A DNA stretch of 35,747 nucleotides from Gammaproteobacteria bacterium (GTDB lineage Bacteria > Pseudomonadota > Gammaproteobacteria > Natronospirales > REEB76), in NCBI GenBank assembly GCA_036502565.1, contig DASXYJ010000312.1:1-35747 (forward strand), given 5' to 3'. This document shows positions 16,023 to 23,804 of the stretch, one piece after another (position 1 is the first letter of the stretch; each line of letters starts with the position of its first letter). The notes beneath the pieces were generated by a model that did no database searches, had not been told where the DNA came from, and saw nothing but the letters and a program-made list of their open reading frames with translations. Position numbers and translations under genes: made by a program.

Positions 16023-17111
16023 ATGAGCGCACAGCCCAACGTCGGCATCAAGCCGGTGCAGTTCGACAACCCCATGGGGGTGGATGGCTTCGAGTTCGTG
16101 GAGTTCGCCGCGCCGAACCCGAAACTCCTGCATGAGCTATTCCCGAAGCTGGGCTTCACCGCCGTCGCCAAGCACAAGCGCAAGGCCATCACCCTGTATC
16201 GCCAGGGCGAGTGCAACTTCCTGGTCAACGACGAACCGAATTCCTTCGCCTCCGAGTTCGCCAAGAAGCACGGCCCCTCGGCCTGCGGCTTCGCCATCCG
16301 TTTCAGCAAGCCCGCCGCGGAAGTGAAGGCCCAGGCCCTCAAGAACGGCGGTGAGGCTATCACCTCGCTGGAATCCACCAAGGCAGTGGACGTGCCGGTG
16401 ATCGCCGGCATCGGCGGCAGCATGCTGTATCTGGTGGACCAGTACGGGTCCAAGGGTTCGGTCTACGACAGCGAGTTCGAATACCTCAAGGGCGTGGACA
16501 AGCACCCCAAGGGCTTCGGCCTCACCTTCGTGGATCACCTGACCCACAACCTGTACTTCGGCAACATGGAGAAGTTCGCGAACTTCTACGAGCGCCTGTT
16601 CAACTTCCGCGAGATCCGCTACTTCGACATCAAGGGCGTGAAGACCGGCCTCATCTCCAAGGCCATGACCGCGCCGGATGGCATGGTGCGCATCCCTCTG
16701 AATGAGTCCAACGATCCCAAGAGCCAGATCAACGAATACCTGAACGAGTACAAGGGCGAGGGCATCCAGCACATCGCCTGCTTCACCGACGACATCTACG
16801 GCAGCGTGGAAGCCATGCGCAAGGCCGGCATGCTGTTCCTGGACACGCCGGACGCCTACTTCGAGATGATCGACGAGCGGGTGCCGAACCACGGCGAGGA
16901 CGTCCCGCGTTTGGCCCGCAACAAGATCCTCATCGACGCGGACCGGGAGACCAAGAAGAAACTGCTGCTGCAGATCTTCACCCAGAACATGATCGGTCCG
17001 GTGTTCTTCGAGATCATCCAGCGCAAGGGCAACGAGGGCTTCGGCGAAGGCAACTTCCAGGCCCTGTTTGAGTCCATCGAAAGAGACCAGATGAAGCGGG
17101 GCGTCCTCTAA
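16023..17111 (+). CDS. hppD: 4-hydroxyphenylpyruvate dioxygenase
   Basis: 362 aa. GFEFVEFAAP...GIQHIACFTDDI...LLLQIFT...GPVFFEIIQRKGNEGFGEGNFQALFESIERDQ is the classic HppD signature. Confidence 0.95.
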   Translation: MSAQPNVGIKPVQFDNPMGVDGFEFVEFAAPNPKLLHELFPKLGFTAVAKHKRKAITLYRQGECNFLVNDEPNSFASEFAKKHGPSACGFAIRFSKPAAEVKAQALKNGGEAITSLESTKAVDVPVIAGIGGSMLYLVDQYGSKGSVYDSEFEYLKGVDKHPKGFGLTFVDHLTHNLYFGNMEKFANFYERLFNFREIRYFDIKGVKTGLISKAMTAPDGMVRIPLNESNDPKSQINEYLNEYKGEGIQHIACFTDDIYGSVEAMRKAGMLFLDTPDAYFEMIDERVPNHGEDVPRLARNKILIDADRETKKKLLLQIFTQNMIGPVFFEIIQRKGNEGFGEGNFQALFESIERDQMKRGVL

Positions 17112-17126
17112 CTTCGGGAGCCGGGC

Positions 17127-18479
17127 ATGAGCCAGAAAGTCAGCGCCATGGAACCCAAGCTCGCAGCCCAGGCAGCGGATTCCGAGAACTATCAATCCGG
17201 TTTCGGCAATGAGTTCGCCACCGAGGCGCTGCCCGGCGTGCTGCCGACGGGCCGCAATTCGCCCCAGAAGGTGCCCTATGGCCTCTATGCCGAACAACTC
17301 TCCGGCACTGCCTTCACGGCGCCGCGCCACAACAACCGCCGCAGCTGGCTGTACCGTATCCGTCCCGCCGCGGTGCACACGCCCTTCAAGCCGCTGCCGG
17401 ATGGCCGTTTCCACAATCGCTTCGACGAGCAGGCGGCGACGCCGAACCAGCTGCGCTGGAGCCCGCTCGCCATCCCGCAGCAGGACGCGACGGATTTCAT
17501 CACCGGCCTGATGACCATGGCCGGCAACGGCAGCCCGGCGACCCAGGCAGGCATCGGCGTGCACATGTACGCGGCGGATCGCTCCATGCAGGGCCGCTTC
17601 TTCTATGACGCGGACGGTGAGCTGCTCATCGTCCCCCAGCAGGGCCGCCTGCGCATCGCCACGGAGCTCGGCATCCTCGATGTGAGCCCGTTGGAGATCG
17701 GCGTGATCCCTCGCGGCATCCGCTTCCGGGTGGAACTACCGGACGGCACGGCCCGCGGCTACGTGGCGGAGAACTTCGGCGCGCCCCTGCGCCTGCCGGA
17801 GCTGGGACCCATCGGTTCCAACGCGCTGGCCAATGCCCGGGATTTCCTCTATCCGAAAGCCGCGTATGAGGACGTGGAAGGCAAGTTCGAGTTGATCGCG
17901 AAGTTCCAGGGCAAGCTCTGGTCCGCGGAGATCGATCATTCACCCCTGGACGTGGTGGGCTGGCACGGCAACCATGCGCCCTATAAATATGACCTGCGCC
18001 GCTTCAACACCATCGGTTCCATCAGCTACGACCATCCGGATCCGTCCATCTTCACGGTGCTGACTTCGCTCAGCGACACGCCCGGCACCGCCAACATGGA
18101 CTTCGTGGTGTTCCCGCCCCGCTGGCTGGTGGCGGAAGATACCTTCCGCCCGCCCTGGTTCCACCGCAATGTGGCTTCCGAATTCATGGGCCTCATCACC
18201 GGCGTGTACGACGCGAAGGAAGGCGGCGGCTTCGTGCCGGGCGGCGCCAGTTTGCACAACTGCATGAGCGGCCACGGCCCCGACGCCGGCAGCTACGAGA
18301 AGGCAGTGGCGGGGGACACTTCCAAGCCCCTGCACATCACCGACACCATGGCTTTCATGTTCGAGACCCGCGCCGTGATCCGCCCGACGAAGCAAGCTCT
18401 GGAAGCCAAGGAACTGCAGGGCGATTACTACGAGTGCTGGCAGGGCATCAAGAAGCATTTTGATCCGAAGCGCCGTTAG
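17127..18479 (+). CDS. hmgA: Homogentisate 1,2-dioxygenase
   Basis: 450 aa. [27 protein letters not shown]...[14 protein letters not shown]...[13 protein letters not shown]...[10 protein letters not shown]. gggag lies 6 nt upstream of the ATG. Confidence 0.95.
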   Translation: MSQKVSAMEPKLAAQAADSENYQSGFGNEFATEALPGVLPTGRNSPQKVPYGLYAEQLSGTAFTAPRHNNRRSWLYRIRPAAVHTPFKPLPDGRFHNRFDEQAATPNQLRWSPLAIPQQDATDFITGLMTMAGNGSPATQAGIGVHMYAADRSMQGRFFYDADGELLIVPQQGRLRIATELGILDVSPLEIGVIPRGIRFRVELPDGTARGYVAENFGAPLRLPELGPIGSNALANARDFLYPKAAYEDVEGKFELIAKFQGKLWSAEIDHSPLDVVGWHGNHAPYKYDLRRFNTIGSISYDHPDPSIFTVLTSLSDTPGTANMDFVVFPPRWLVAEDTFRPPWFHRNVASEFMGLITGVYDAKEGGGFVPGGASLHNCMSGHGPDAGSYEKAVAGDTSKPLHITDTMAFMFETRAVIRPTKQALEAKELQGDYYECWQGIKKHFDPKRR

Positions 18480-18482
18480 TGC

Positions 18483-18854
18483 ATGGCGGTGCGTTCTCTG
18501 ATTGCGTGGCTTTTCTTGGTTATCGCAGGCTGCGCGACAGACAATTTCACATTGTTGACTCCGAACGATGGGTGGAATCGCTTGCCGGGGCCCCCGCCTG
18601 GCGAGAAGGCGATTCTCGCGATGGCGGGTGACCAGGTAAATAAGCGATATAACTCGCCTGATCATCCACAGATTGTCTGGTTTGGGCGGAATGAAGGTGA
18701 GTATCTGCTTTATTTCTACAACAAGACTCCCGTCTACCCGGGAAGACAGTCAGAGCATTGCTTCGATCAGATAGTCCATTTTAAAAAGACTGATCAAGGT
18801 TGGGAGAACACCGACAAGAATTGGCCTCAAATGATTCTGTGTGGCAATGACTAG
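18483..18854 (+). CDS. Small hypothetical lipoprotein (123 aa), family not recognised
   Basis: MAVRSLIAWLFLVIAGC is a signal peptide with lipobox IAGC. The ATG is 3 nt after the hmgA stop. The gene is visibly AT-richer: I counted 25 G+C in the 60 nt at 18661-18720. Confidence 0.65.
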   Translation: MAVRSLIAWLFLVIAGCATDNFTLLTPNDGWNRLPGPPPGEKAILAMAGDQVNKRYNSPDHPQIVWFGRNEGEYLLYFYNKTPVYPGRQSEHCFDQIVHFKKTDQGWENTDKNWPQMILCGND

Positions 18855-18866
18855 CCGGGAGATTCC

Positions 18867-19847
18867 GTGAAACTCGCAAGTCTTAAAACCGGTGGCCGCG
18901 ACGGCACCCTGGTGGTAGTGGACAAGAAACTCCAGAACGCCGTGAAGGTGCCGGAGATCGCTGCCTCGCTGGTGCGTGCGCTGGAGAACTGGGCCATGGC
19001 GGAGCACAAGCTCCAGTCCGTGGCGGCCTCGCTCGAAGCCGGCAAGGCCAAGGACGCGTTCAAGCTGAATCCAGGCGACTTGGCAGCCTGCCTGCCGCGG
19101 GCGCCACAGTTCGTGGATGGCAGCGCCTATCTCGCCCACGTGGAGCGGGTGCGCAAGGCCCGCGGCGCCGAGATGCCGCCGAGCTTCCTCAACGATCCCC
19201 TCATGTACCACGCGGTGAGCGACGGCTTTCTGGCCCCCACGGATCCGATCCGCATGGCCAGCGAGGACTACGGCATCGACTTCGAGTCCGAGGTGGGCGT
19301 GGTGGTGGACGACGTGCCCATGGGCATCTCGGCCGCGGACGCCGTCAAGCACATCAAGTTGGTGCTGCTCATCAACGACGTGTCCCTGCGCAACCTCATC
19401 CCAGACGAACTGGCCAAGGGCTTCGGCTTCCTGCAGAGCAAGCCGCGCTCGGCCCTCTCGCCCACGGCGTTGACGCCGGACGAGTTGGGTCCCGCCTGGA
19501 TCGGCGGCAAGGTGCATCTGCCGCTCATCACCCACCTCAACGGCCAGAAATTCGGCGAGCCGGAGGCGGGGGTGGACATGCAGTTCGACTTTGGCCGGCT
19601 CATCTCCCATGCCGCCAAGACCCGGCCCCTGGCCGCCGGCTCCATCGTCGGCTCCGGCACCATCGCCAACCAGGACGAATCCAAGGGTGCCTCCTGCCTC
19701 GCGGAGAAGCGGGTGCTGGAGATCATAAAGTCAGGCAAGCCGGTGACGCCCTTCATGAAGTTCGGCGACACGGTGCGCATCGAGATGCTGGACAAGTCCG
19801 GCGCCTCGCTCTTCGGCGCCATCGAGCAGAAAGTGGAGAAGTATTGA
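18867..19847 (+). CDS. fahA: Fumarylacetoacetate hydrolase family protein (short ~330-aa type), probable fumarylacetoacetase of the homogentisate pathway
   Basis: GTG start at 18867, with gggaga at 18857-18862. MKLASLKTGGRDGTLVVV and the FAH-fold C-terminal region (GSGTIAN, FGDTVRIEM) are present. Its position between hmgA and maiA supports the role. Confidence 0.75.
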   Translation: MKLASLKTGGRDGTLVVVDKKLQNAVKVPEIAASLVRALENWAMAEHKLQSVAASLEAGKAKDAFKLNPGDLAACLPRAPQFVDGSAYLAHVERVRKARGAEMPPSFLNDPLMYHAVSDGFLAPTDPIRMASEDYGIDFESEVGVVVDDVPMGISAADAVKHIKLVLLINDVSLRNLIPDELAKGFGFLQSKPRSALSPTALTPDELGPAWIGGKVHLPLITHLNGQKFGEPEAGVDMQFDFGRLISHAAKTRPLAAGSIVGSGTIANQDESKGASCLAEKRVLEIIKSGKPVTPFMKFGDTVRIEMLDKSGASLFGAIEQKVEKY

Positions 19848-20432
19848 ATGATCACTCCGACTGGGATCCGAGGCCTATGGTTGGCCTCTCTCGCCGGTGC
19901 TTTCACCCTTATCTCAGGATGTGGCGGGATGACTCGGGACGACGGACAGCCTGAGAGCGTCTTGAACAGATTCCCGCCAGGCTGGATCACGGCGGATGAG
20001 AAGTATGAAGATGATGGCGACATCATCGAATATGTGCCGCAGGGCCAGACGGCGGAGAATTGGTCCGAGATGTTGACGTTCCAGACCTTCAAGAAGGCTG
20101 CCAATGCCGATCCTGCGGGCTACCTGAGCAACATGGCTGCCTTGGCCAAGCTGCATTGCGCGTCCAGTAATCTGCTCTTGAAGGATTCCGTGAAGGATAC
20201 CAACGGTCTGAGGACCGAGATCGGCTTGCTGGGCTGCGCCAAGGATTCGAAGACAGGCGAAGACGAGACGACCTTGTTCAAGGTGATCAGCGGTCACCAG
20301 GCCCTGTACGTGGGCCAGATGGCCAAGCGCTCTGATCCAGCCGCCCCGGCGAATCAGCCGAGCGACGCCGAGATCCAGGATTGGGAGACATTGCTGGATA
20401 GTTTCAAGATCTGCCGCGGCACTAAATGCTGA
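19848..20432 (+). CDS. Hypothetical lipoprotein (194 aa), family not recognised
   Basis: The ATG directly abuts the FAH stop (tgaatg). LWLASLAGAFTLISGC is a signal peptide with lipobox ISGC. Four further Cys are present. GC is lower than in the neighbours: 31 G+C in the 60 nt at 19981-20040. Confidence 0.65.
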   Translation: MITPTGIRGLWLASLAGAFTLISGCGGMTRDDGQPESVLNRFPPGWITADEKYEDDGDIIEYVPQGQTAENWSEMLTFQTFKKAANADPAGYLSNMAALAKLHCASSNLLLKDSVKDTNGLRTEIGLLGCAKDSKTGEDETTLFKVISGHQALYVGQMAKRSDPAAPANQPSDAEIQDWETLLDSFKICRGTKC

Positions 20433-20443
20433 GCATCCAAACC

Positions 20444-21091
20444 ATGCAGCTCTTCACTTACTTCCGCAGCTCCGCCGCCTTCCGGGTGCGCATCGCCCTG
20501 AACCTGAAGGGCCTCAAGGCCGAACCGCATTTCATCCACCTGGTGAGGGACGGCGGCCAGCAGCACAAACCAGAGTTCCGCAAGGTGAACCCGCAGGGTT
20601 TCGTGCCGGCGCTGGTGGATCAGGGCCACACCCTCACCCAGTCCCTCGCGATCATCGAGTACCTGGAAGAGACCCATCCCCAGCCGCCGCTGCTGCCGAA
20701 GGATGCGCTGGGCCGGGCCCGGGTGCGGGCGCTCTCGCTCATCGTCGCCGCGGACATCCATCCGCTGCAGAACACCCGCATCACCAAGTACCTGGAGCAG
20801 GAGCTGAAGCAGGACGAGGCCGCCCGCAAGCGCTGGATCCAGCGCTGGATCACCGAGGGCTTCGCGGCCCTGGAGAAGCTCCTGGCGAACGACTCCGCTA
20901 CCGGAGAGTTCTGCCACGGCGACACGCCCGGCATGGCGGACGTGCTCCTGGTGCCGCAGATGTTCAGCGCCCGGCGCTTCGGCGTGGAGCTGGAGGCCTT
21001 CCCGACGCTGAGGCGCATCGACGAGCATTGCCAACTGCTCAAGCCTTTCCAGGATGCGGCGCCCGCCAAGCAACCCGATTTCGAAGCATGA
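20444..21091 (+). CDS. maiA: Maleylacetoacetate isomerase (GST zeta class)
   Basis: Start at MQLFTYFRSSAAFRVRIALNLKG, which carries the zeta-class SSxxxRVRIAL motif. NPQGFVPALVD and QSLAIIEYLEE are also present. 215 aa. Confidence 0.92.
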   Translation: MQLFTYFRSSAAFRVRIALNLKGLKAEPHFIHLVRDGGQQHKPEFRKVNPQGFVPALVDQGHTLTQSLAIIEYLEETHPQPPLLPKDALGRARVRALSLIVAADIHPLQNTRITKYLEQELKQDEAARKRWIQRWITEGFAALEKLLANDSATGEFCHGDTPGMADVLLVPQMFSARRFGVELEAFPTLRRIDEHCQLLKPFQDAAPAKQPDFEA

Positions 21092-21218
21092 TCAAAGCTA
21101 CTGCGCCTCGCATTGCGTCGTTGCACTTCGGTCTTGCAGTCGGTCATGCACGTAAGAGTGCACTCCCGCCTGCTCGCCTCGTGCGCCTCGCTCTGCTTCG
21201 GCTCGCGACGCTTTGATC
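21090..21218. repeat. Intergenic REP/MITE-like element bounded by a 9-bp inverted repeat (gatcaaagc ... gctttgatc)
   Basis: The inverted repeat at 21090-21098 and 21210-21218 was read directly. There is an internal duplicated motif gcgcctcgc..cttcgg. The right arm resembles 181-226 of this window (gtgcgcc..gctc..gcttcg..acg...tgatcgg). Confidence 0.4.
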
Positions 21219-21247
21219 GGTACGTAGATACTTTTGGGGTCTGACTG

Positions 21248-23680
21248 ATGTTTCATCTACTGCAGAGCGGATTCTTCTGGTGGCCGGTGTTCATCGCCGT
21301 ATTCATCGGCCTCGCTGCCGCGCGTCCGGCGCGCTTCGGCGTGTTCGTGGTGCTGGCAGTGCTGCTGGCCCTGTTCTCGGCCTTCAGCCACAAGGGCGGC
21401 CTCATCGGCCTCTTGTGGGTGATCTACGCTGTCGCCTTGCTGGTGCTGTGGATACCCGCGCTGCGGCGCCTCCTCATCAGCAACCGCCTGCTGAGCTTCT
21501 ATCGCCGTTCCATGCCGGAGATCTCCGCCACCGAGCGCGAGGCGCTGGAAGCCGGCACGGTGTGGTGGGACGGCGAACTCTTCAGCGGCGCACCCCGCTG
21601 GCAGCAACTGCTGGACCTGCCCGCCGCGAAGCTCTCGCCGGAGGAGCAGGCCTTCCTGGATGGGCCGGTGGAGCAGTTCTGCGGGATGCTGGACGATCAC
21701 CGCATCTGCAACGTGGACAAGGACCTCACGCCGGAGGCCTGGCGCTTCATCAAGGAGCGCGGCTTCTTCGGCATGATGATCCCCAAGCAATACGGCGGCA
21801 TGCAGTTCAGCAACACCGGCCACGCTGCGGTGATCCTCAAGATCGCCAGCCGCAGCATCAGCGCCGCGTTGACGGTGATGATCCCCAACTCCGTGGGCCC
21901 CGGGAAACTGCTGCTCAAGTACGGCACCGAGGCCCAGAAGGACCATTGGCTGCCGCGCCTGGCGCGTGGCGAGGAGATCCCCTGTTTCGCGCTCACCGGC
22001 CCGGAGGCGGGCAGCGATGCCGGCGCGCTGCCGGACGTGGGCACGGTGTGCAAGGACGGGCAGGGCACTCTCGGCATCCGCCTCGACTTCGAGAAGCGCT
22101 ACATCTCCATGGGGCCCATCGCCACGGTGCTGGGCGTCGCTTTCAAGCTCGAGGATCCTGAGCACCTCCTGGGTGAGAAGACCCATCTCGGCATCACCCT
22201 CGCGCTGGTGCCGGCCAAGACCCCCGGCGTAAAAGCCGGCACCCGCCACGACCAGCTGCACATGGCCTTCATGAACGGCCCGCTGTATGGCAAGGACGTG
22301 TTCATCCCCATGGACATGGTCATCGGCGGGGTGGAGCAGGCGGGCAAGGGCTGGCGCATGCTCATGGAGTCCCTCACGGACGGCCGCGCCATCTCGCTGC
22401 CGGCCCTCAGTACCGCCACCGCCAAGCTCGCCACCCGCGTCACCAGCGCTTACGCGCGTGTGCGTCGCCAGTTCAAGCTGCCCATCAGCCAGTTCGAGGG
22501 CGTGCGGGAATCCCTGGCGCATCTCGCCGGCAACACCTATGCCATGGACGGGGCGCGGCTCACCACGCTCGCAGCCCTGGACGCGGGCCATAAGCCCGCG
22601 GTCATCTCCGCCATCGTGAAGTACAACCTCACGGAGCGGTCGCGTCGCATCATGGAAGACGCCATGGACGTGCACGGCGGCGCCGCGCTCTCGCTCGGTC
22701 CCCGCAACCCGCTCGGCCAGTTCCACAGCTACCCGCAGATGGGCGTGACGGTGGAGGGCCACAACATCCTGACCCGTAACCTCATCACCTTCGGCCAGGG
22801 TGCCATCCGCTGCCATCCTTATCTATTGAAGGAGCTGCAGGCGGCGGCGAACCCGGACAAGAAGGCGGCGCGCCGCGAGTTCGACGCGGCAGTGATGCAG
22901 CACGTCTCCTTCACCATCAACAACAAGGCCCGCGCCTTCCTGCACGGCCTCACCGGCGGCAACTTCATCGCGGTGCCCACTGCGCCCATGGCGCTGAAGT
23001 GGCATTACCAACAGCTCACGCGCATGAGCGCGGCCTTCGCTTTCGTCACGGACGTGCTGCTGCTCACCCTGCGCGGCGAAGTGAAGCGCCGCGAGCGGCT
23101 CTCGGCGCGCATGGCGGACGTGGTGAGCCAGCTCTACATCGCCTCGGCGGCGCTCAAGCACTACCACGACCAGGGCAACCAGCCCGGCGACCTCATCCTG
23201 GTGGATTGGGTGTGCCGCGACAGCCTCTACCGCATGCAGCAGAGCTTCGATGCGCTGTTCAAGAACCTGCCGAGCCGCTGGTTGGCGTGGTGCCTGCGCT
23301 GCGTGGTGTTCCCCTTGGGCATGCGCTACCGCGCGCCATCCGATGCGCTGGAGCACCAGCTCGCAGCGGCGATACTTCGCCCCTCCGCGGAGCGCGATCG
23401 GCTCACGGCAGGGATGTATCTTCCAGGCGATATGAAAGAGAAAGTGAAGCTCCTGGACGAGGCCTTCCAGAAAGCAGTGGAGACCCGCGGCCTGCGGGAG
23501 AAGCTCAAGGCCGCGGCGCGGGAGAAGACCTTGCAGGCCAAGGGCGATGCCCAGATCACCGAGGCGGTGCAGAAGGAGCTCATCACCCCCGGCGAAGCGG
23601 CGGCGTTGCGGGCCGCGGAATCGCTTCGGCGCGAAGCGATCAAGGTGGATGACTTCGCCGACCTGCGCCGGCCCATTTAG
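21248..23680 (+). CDS. fadE: Acyl-CoA dehydrogenase, long FadE type
   Basis: 810 aa. The hydrophobic N-terminus (FFWWPVFIAVFIGLAA...) precedes an ACAD core (CFALTGPEAGSDAGA, GKGWRMLMESLTDGR) and a C-terminal DUF1974-like extension, as in E. coli FadE. Confidence 0.92.
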   Translation: MFHLLQSGFFWWPVFIAVFIGLAAARPARFGVFVVLAVLLALFSAFSHKGGLIGLLWVIYAVALLVLWIPALRRLLISNRLLSFYRRSMPEISATEREALEAGTVWWDGELFSGAPRWQQLLDLPAAKLSPEEQAFLDGPVEQFCGMLDDHRICNVDKDLTPEAWRFIKERGFFGMMIPKQYGGMQFSNTGHAAVILKIASRSISAALTVMIPNSVGPGKLLLKYGTEAQKDHWLPRLARGEEIPCFALTGPEAGSDAGALPDVGTVCKDGQGTLGIRLDFEKRYISMGPIATVLGVAFKLEDPEHLLGEKTHLGITLALVPAKTPGVKAGTRHDQLHMAFMNGPLYGKDVFIPMDMVIGGVEQAGKGWRMLMESLTDGRAISLPALSTATAKLATRVTSAYARVRRQFKLPISQFEGVRESLAHLAGNTYAMDGARLTTLAALDAGHKPAVISAIVKYNLTERSRRIMEDAMDVHGGAALSLGPRNPLGQFHSYPQMGVTVEGHNILTRNLITFGQGAIRCHPYLLKELQAAANPDKKAARREFDAAVMQHVSFTINNKARAFLHGLTGGNFIAVPTAPMALKWHYQQLTRMSAAFAFVTDVLLLTLRGEVKRRERLSARMADVVSQLYIASAALKHYHDQGNQPGDLILVDWVCRDSLYRMQQSFDALFKNLPSRWLAWCLRCVVFPLGMRYRAPSDALEHQLAAAILRPSAERDRLTAGMYLPGDMKEKVKLLDEAFQKAVETRGLREKLKAAAREKTLQAKGDAQITEAVQKELITPGEAAALRAAESLRREAIKVDDFADLRRPI

Positions 23681-23804
23681 ACTGATTCGCGGTTTCCGTC
23701 CAGCAGCCATCCCTGCGCTGAGTTACCATAACACGACTTATTTCGCGCCCTCAGCGGCGCATGGGAAACCGTTCCCACCGGAGCGGTGACAGGGAATCAA
23801 AGGG

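Noticed and set aside
14919-17564. Minus-strand ORFs antisense to kynA, hppD and hmgA (14919-15800, 293 aa; 16137-17564, 475 aa)
   Set aside because: They are shadow ORFs opposite genes with unmistakable enzyme signatures, and they show no start context or recognisable motifs.
21257-23710. Minus-strand ORFs antisense to fadE (21257-22816, 519 aa; 22823-23710, 295 aa)
   Set aside because: The same high-GC antisense artefact applies. The FadE frame is continuous and motif-bearing across the region.
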